A DNA stretch of 64,000 bases from Sedimentisphaerales bacterium (lineage in GTDB: Bacteria; Planctomycetota; Phycisphaerae; Sedimentisphaerales; SM23-30), in contig CAXXMR010000002.1 of assembly GCA_963663805.2 (NCBI GenBank), positions 111,949 to 175,948 of the forward strand. The letters are read 5' to 3'. The notes beneath the pieces were generated by a model, which saw nothing but the letters and a program-made list of their open reading frames with translations, made no database searches and was not told the DNA's origin. The first letter of the stretch is position 1. Each line of letters starts with the position of its first letter. A program made the position numbers and the translations under genes. Below are positions 62,855 to 64,000 of this stretch, piece after piece.

Positions 62855-63414
62855 CTATTGGATTTTACCCTTTTTTCTTCTGATTGCCAGGGTGCCGAGG
62901 GTTAGCAGGGCTATGGTTGCGGGTTCTGGGTTACGGCGATTGTCATGGGCAGGTTGGTTGTCATGGCTGCGGCCATTTCGTCTACTACTCCGCCGCGCAG
63001 GGTGTCTTCAGAGATGGTGACTAAGGCGGGGCCACCTGTGCCTATAATTGCAAAAACTCCGCCGCTGGGCGGGGCTGATTCGGGGTTTAACTCGCCCATG
63101 CAGAGCGAAAATGAGCTCATGGGAAATCCAGGTCCGGGTGGGGCTATTGGACCGCTGCCTGGGTCATAAGCTGCTTGGTCGTCATGGGCGAAGTCGATAA
63201 AGGCGTCGAAAAAACTGTCTACAGGAGTGTAGGACAGGAACATGGCGTCAGTTTCGAGTACCAGGGCAATTCCTACGGGAGCGTCGCCGGTGTAGCTGGA
63301 ATAGCCTAGCGTGAAGGTTCCGTCCTGGTTGTCGTCTGCGTAGAAAGTGATGTTTCCGGCCCAAAGGCAGGTGGAAATGGTTAATATCGCAGTGAGAATA
63401 AGCCCACACTTCAT
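62855..63414 (-). CDS. PEP-CTERM sorting-domain protein (1-nt indel just before PEP)
   Basis: AAGGAGG RBS and signal peptide; the shifted frame reads PEPATIALLTLGTLAIRRKKGKIQ*. Confidence 0.85.
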
Positions 63415-63936
63415 AATGACCTCCTTTTTTTGTGCAAAAACCACCACGGGAATACTGCGTGATTTAGCAGAAAACCCGCTGGACGATAACATTTTCCTTA
63501 AAGGTATATATAGGGTATTTGCATGGGGATTGTCAATAGAAATAAGGTGGCATATTAACGGCGAAGAATTTGTGGACTTAGTGGACGGGGTGGACTGTCT
63601 GGACGGGGTTTTTGCGGTCTTATCCCGGTGTTTGCGTTTCGGGCTTTTGTTTGGGGTTGGGTTAAATATGGTTGTTGGTGGTCTTATCCGGCTGCTTAGG
63701 CGGCTCGGCTTCTGTGCTCTGGCGACCCTTTTTGGGGCTTTAAACGCAGGATTGGTTGGTTTTGGCAGTGAGGGTGCGGCGCGAATTTTGGGAGGGGGTG
63801 GGAGTTTTTTTGGGGAAAATTAAAAAAAATAAGTATTGGCGGGATATGGGTTTAGGGTTGTTTATGGGGTTGAATTCGTAATTTTTTGAGCGCGAAAGCG
63901 TTTTTTGGGGGTAAGGGTGAAGGGGTTGGAAAGAGC

Positions 63937-63965
63937 TTGACAGTTTTGGTCTGGGCCGGTAGGGT
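63937..63965 (+). promoter_or_regulatory. possible sigma70 promoter for a gene beyond the window
   Basis: TTGACA-17-TAGGGT. Confidence 0.35.
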
Positions 63966-64000
63966 TCCGTTGCGGCAGCGGCTGTTTGACTGAGGCAGAA

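Noticed and set aside
60459..63414. Programmed frameshifting, phase variation or true pseudogenes in DUF1015, the 62057 gene and the PEP-CTERM gene
   Set aside because: Several indels cluster in 3 kb across three unrelated genes, and those I could locate fall in homopolymer runs. This pattern fits long-read sequencing error; raw reads would decide.

Overview
64 kb of bacterial chromosome, most likely a planctomycete of Phycisphaerae type. This is inferred from the DUF1501/DUF1549-DUF1553 cluster, a dockerin-like protease, the groEL-groES-groEL arrangement and a PEP-CTERM protein. 1-17 kb (minus strand) is a surface-polysaccharide operon led by a NusG paralog (uxs, wbpA-like dehydrogenase, ugd, epimerase, fcl, gmd, GT4, wzx, two acyltransferases). 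It is interrupted by an intact IS4 element, an MNT-HEPN pair, a secreted protease, a doubly deleted wecB remnant and an unexplained cassette: a 42-bp palindromic tandem array followed by a helical+FN3 gene and a 3' hairpin. 17-36 kb holds a GT-C protein, a Rid-like/PPC/DUF1501/DUF1553 cluster, an MFS-HEAT fusion, an FAH-family gene, EamA, tRNA-Gln and a gltX with an HTH-like insert. 36-64 kb holds an SBP plus hybrid kinase, a metal ABC transporter, a chaperone operon with a sigma54-type promoter (including a yacG missed by the ORF track), apt, a sigma factor, rpsA, ispH, a bshB1-like gene, truA, asd and serC. The tail region has homopolymer frameshifts that look like sequencing errors. G/C strand bias appears to flip near 36 kb with origin-like polarity. 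Several families of short intergenic repeats and two recurrent fixed-spacing DNA motifs occur throughout. All calls come from reading the sequence by eye; no database searches were run.
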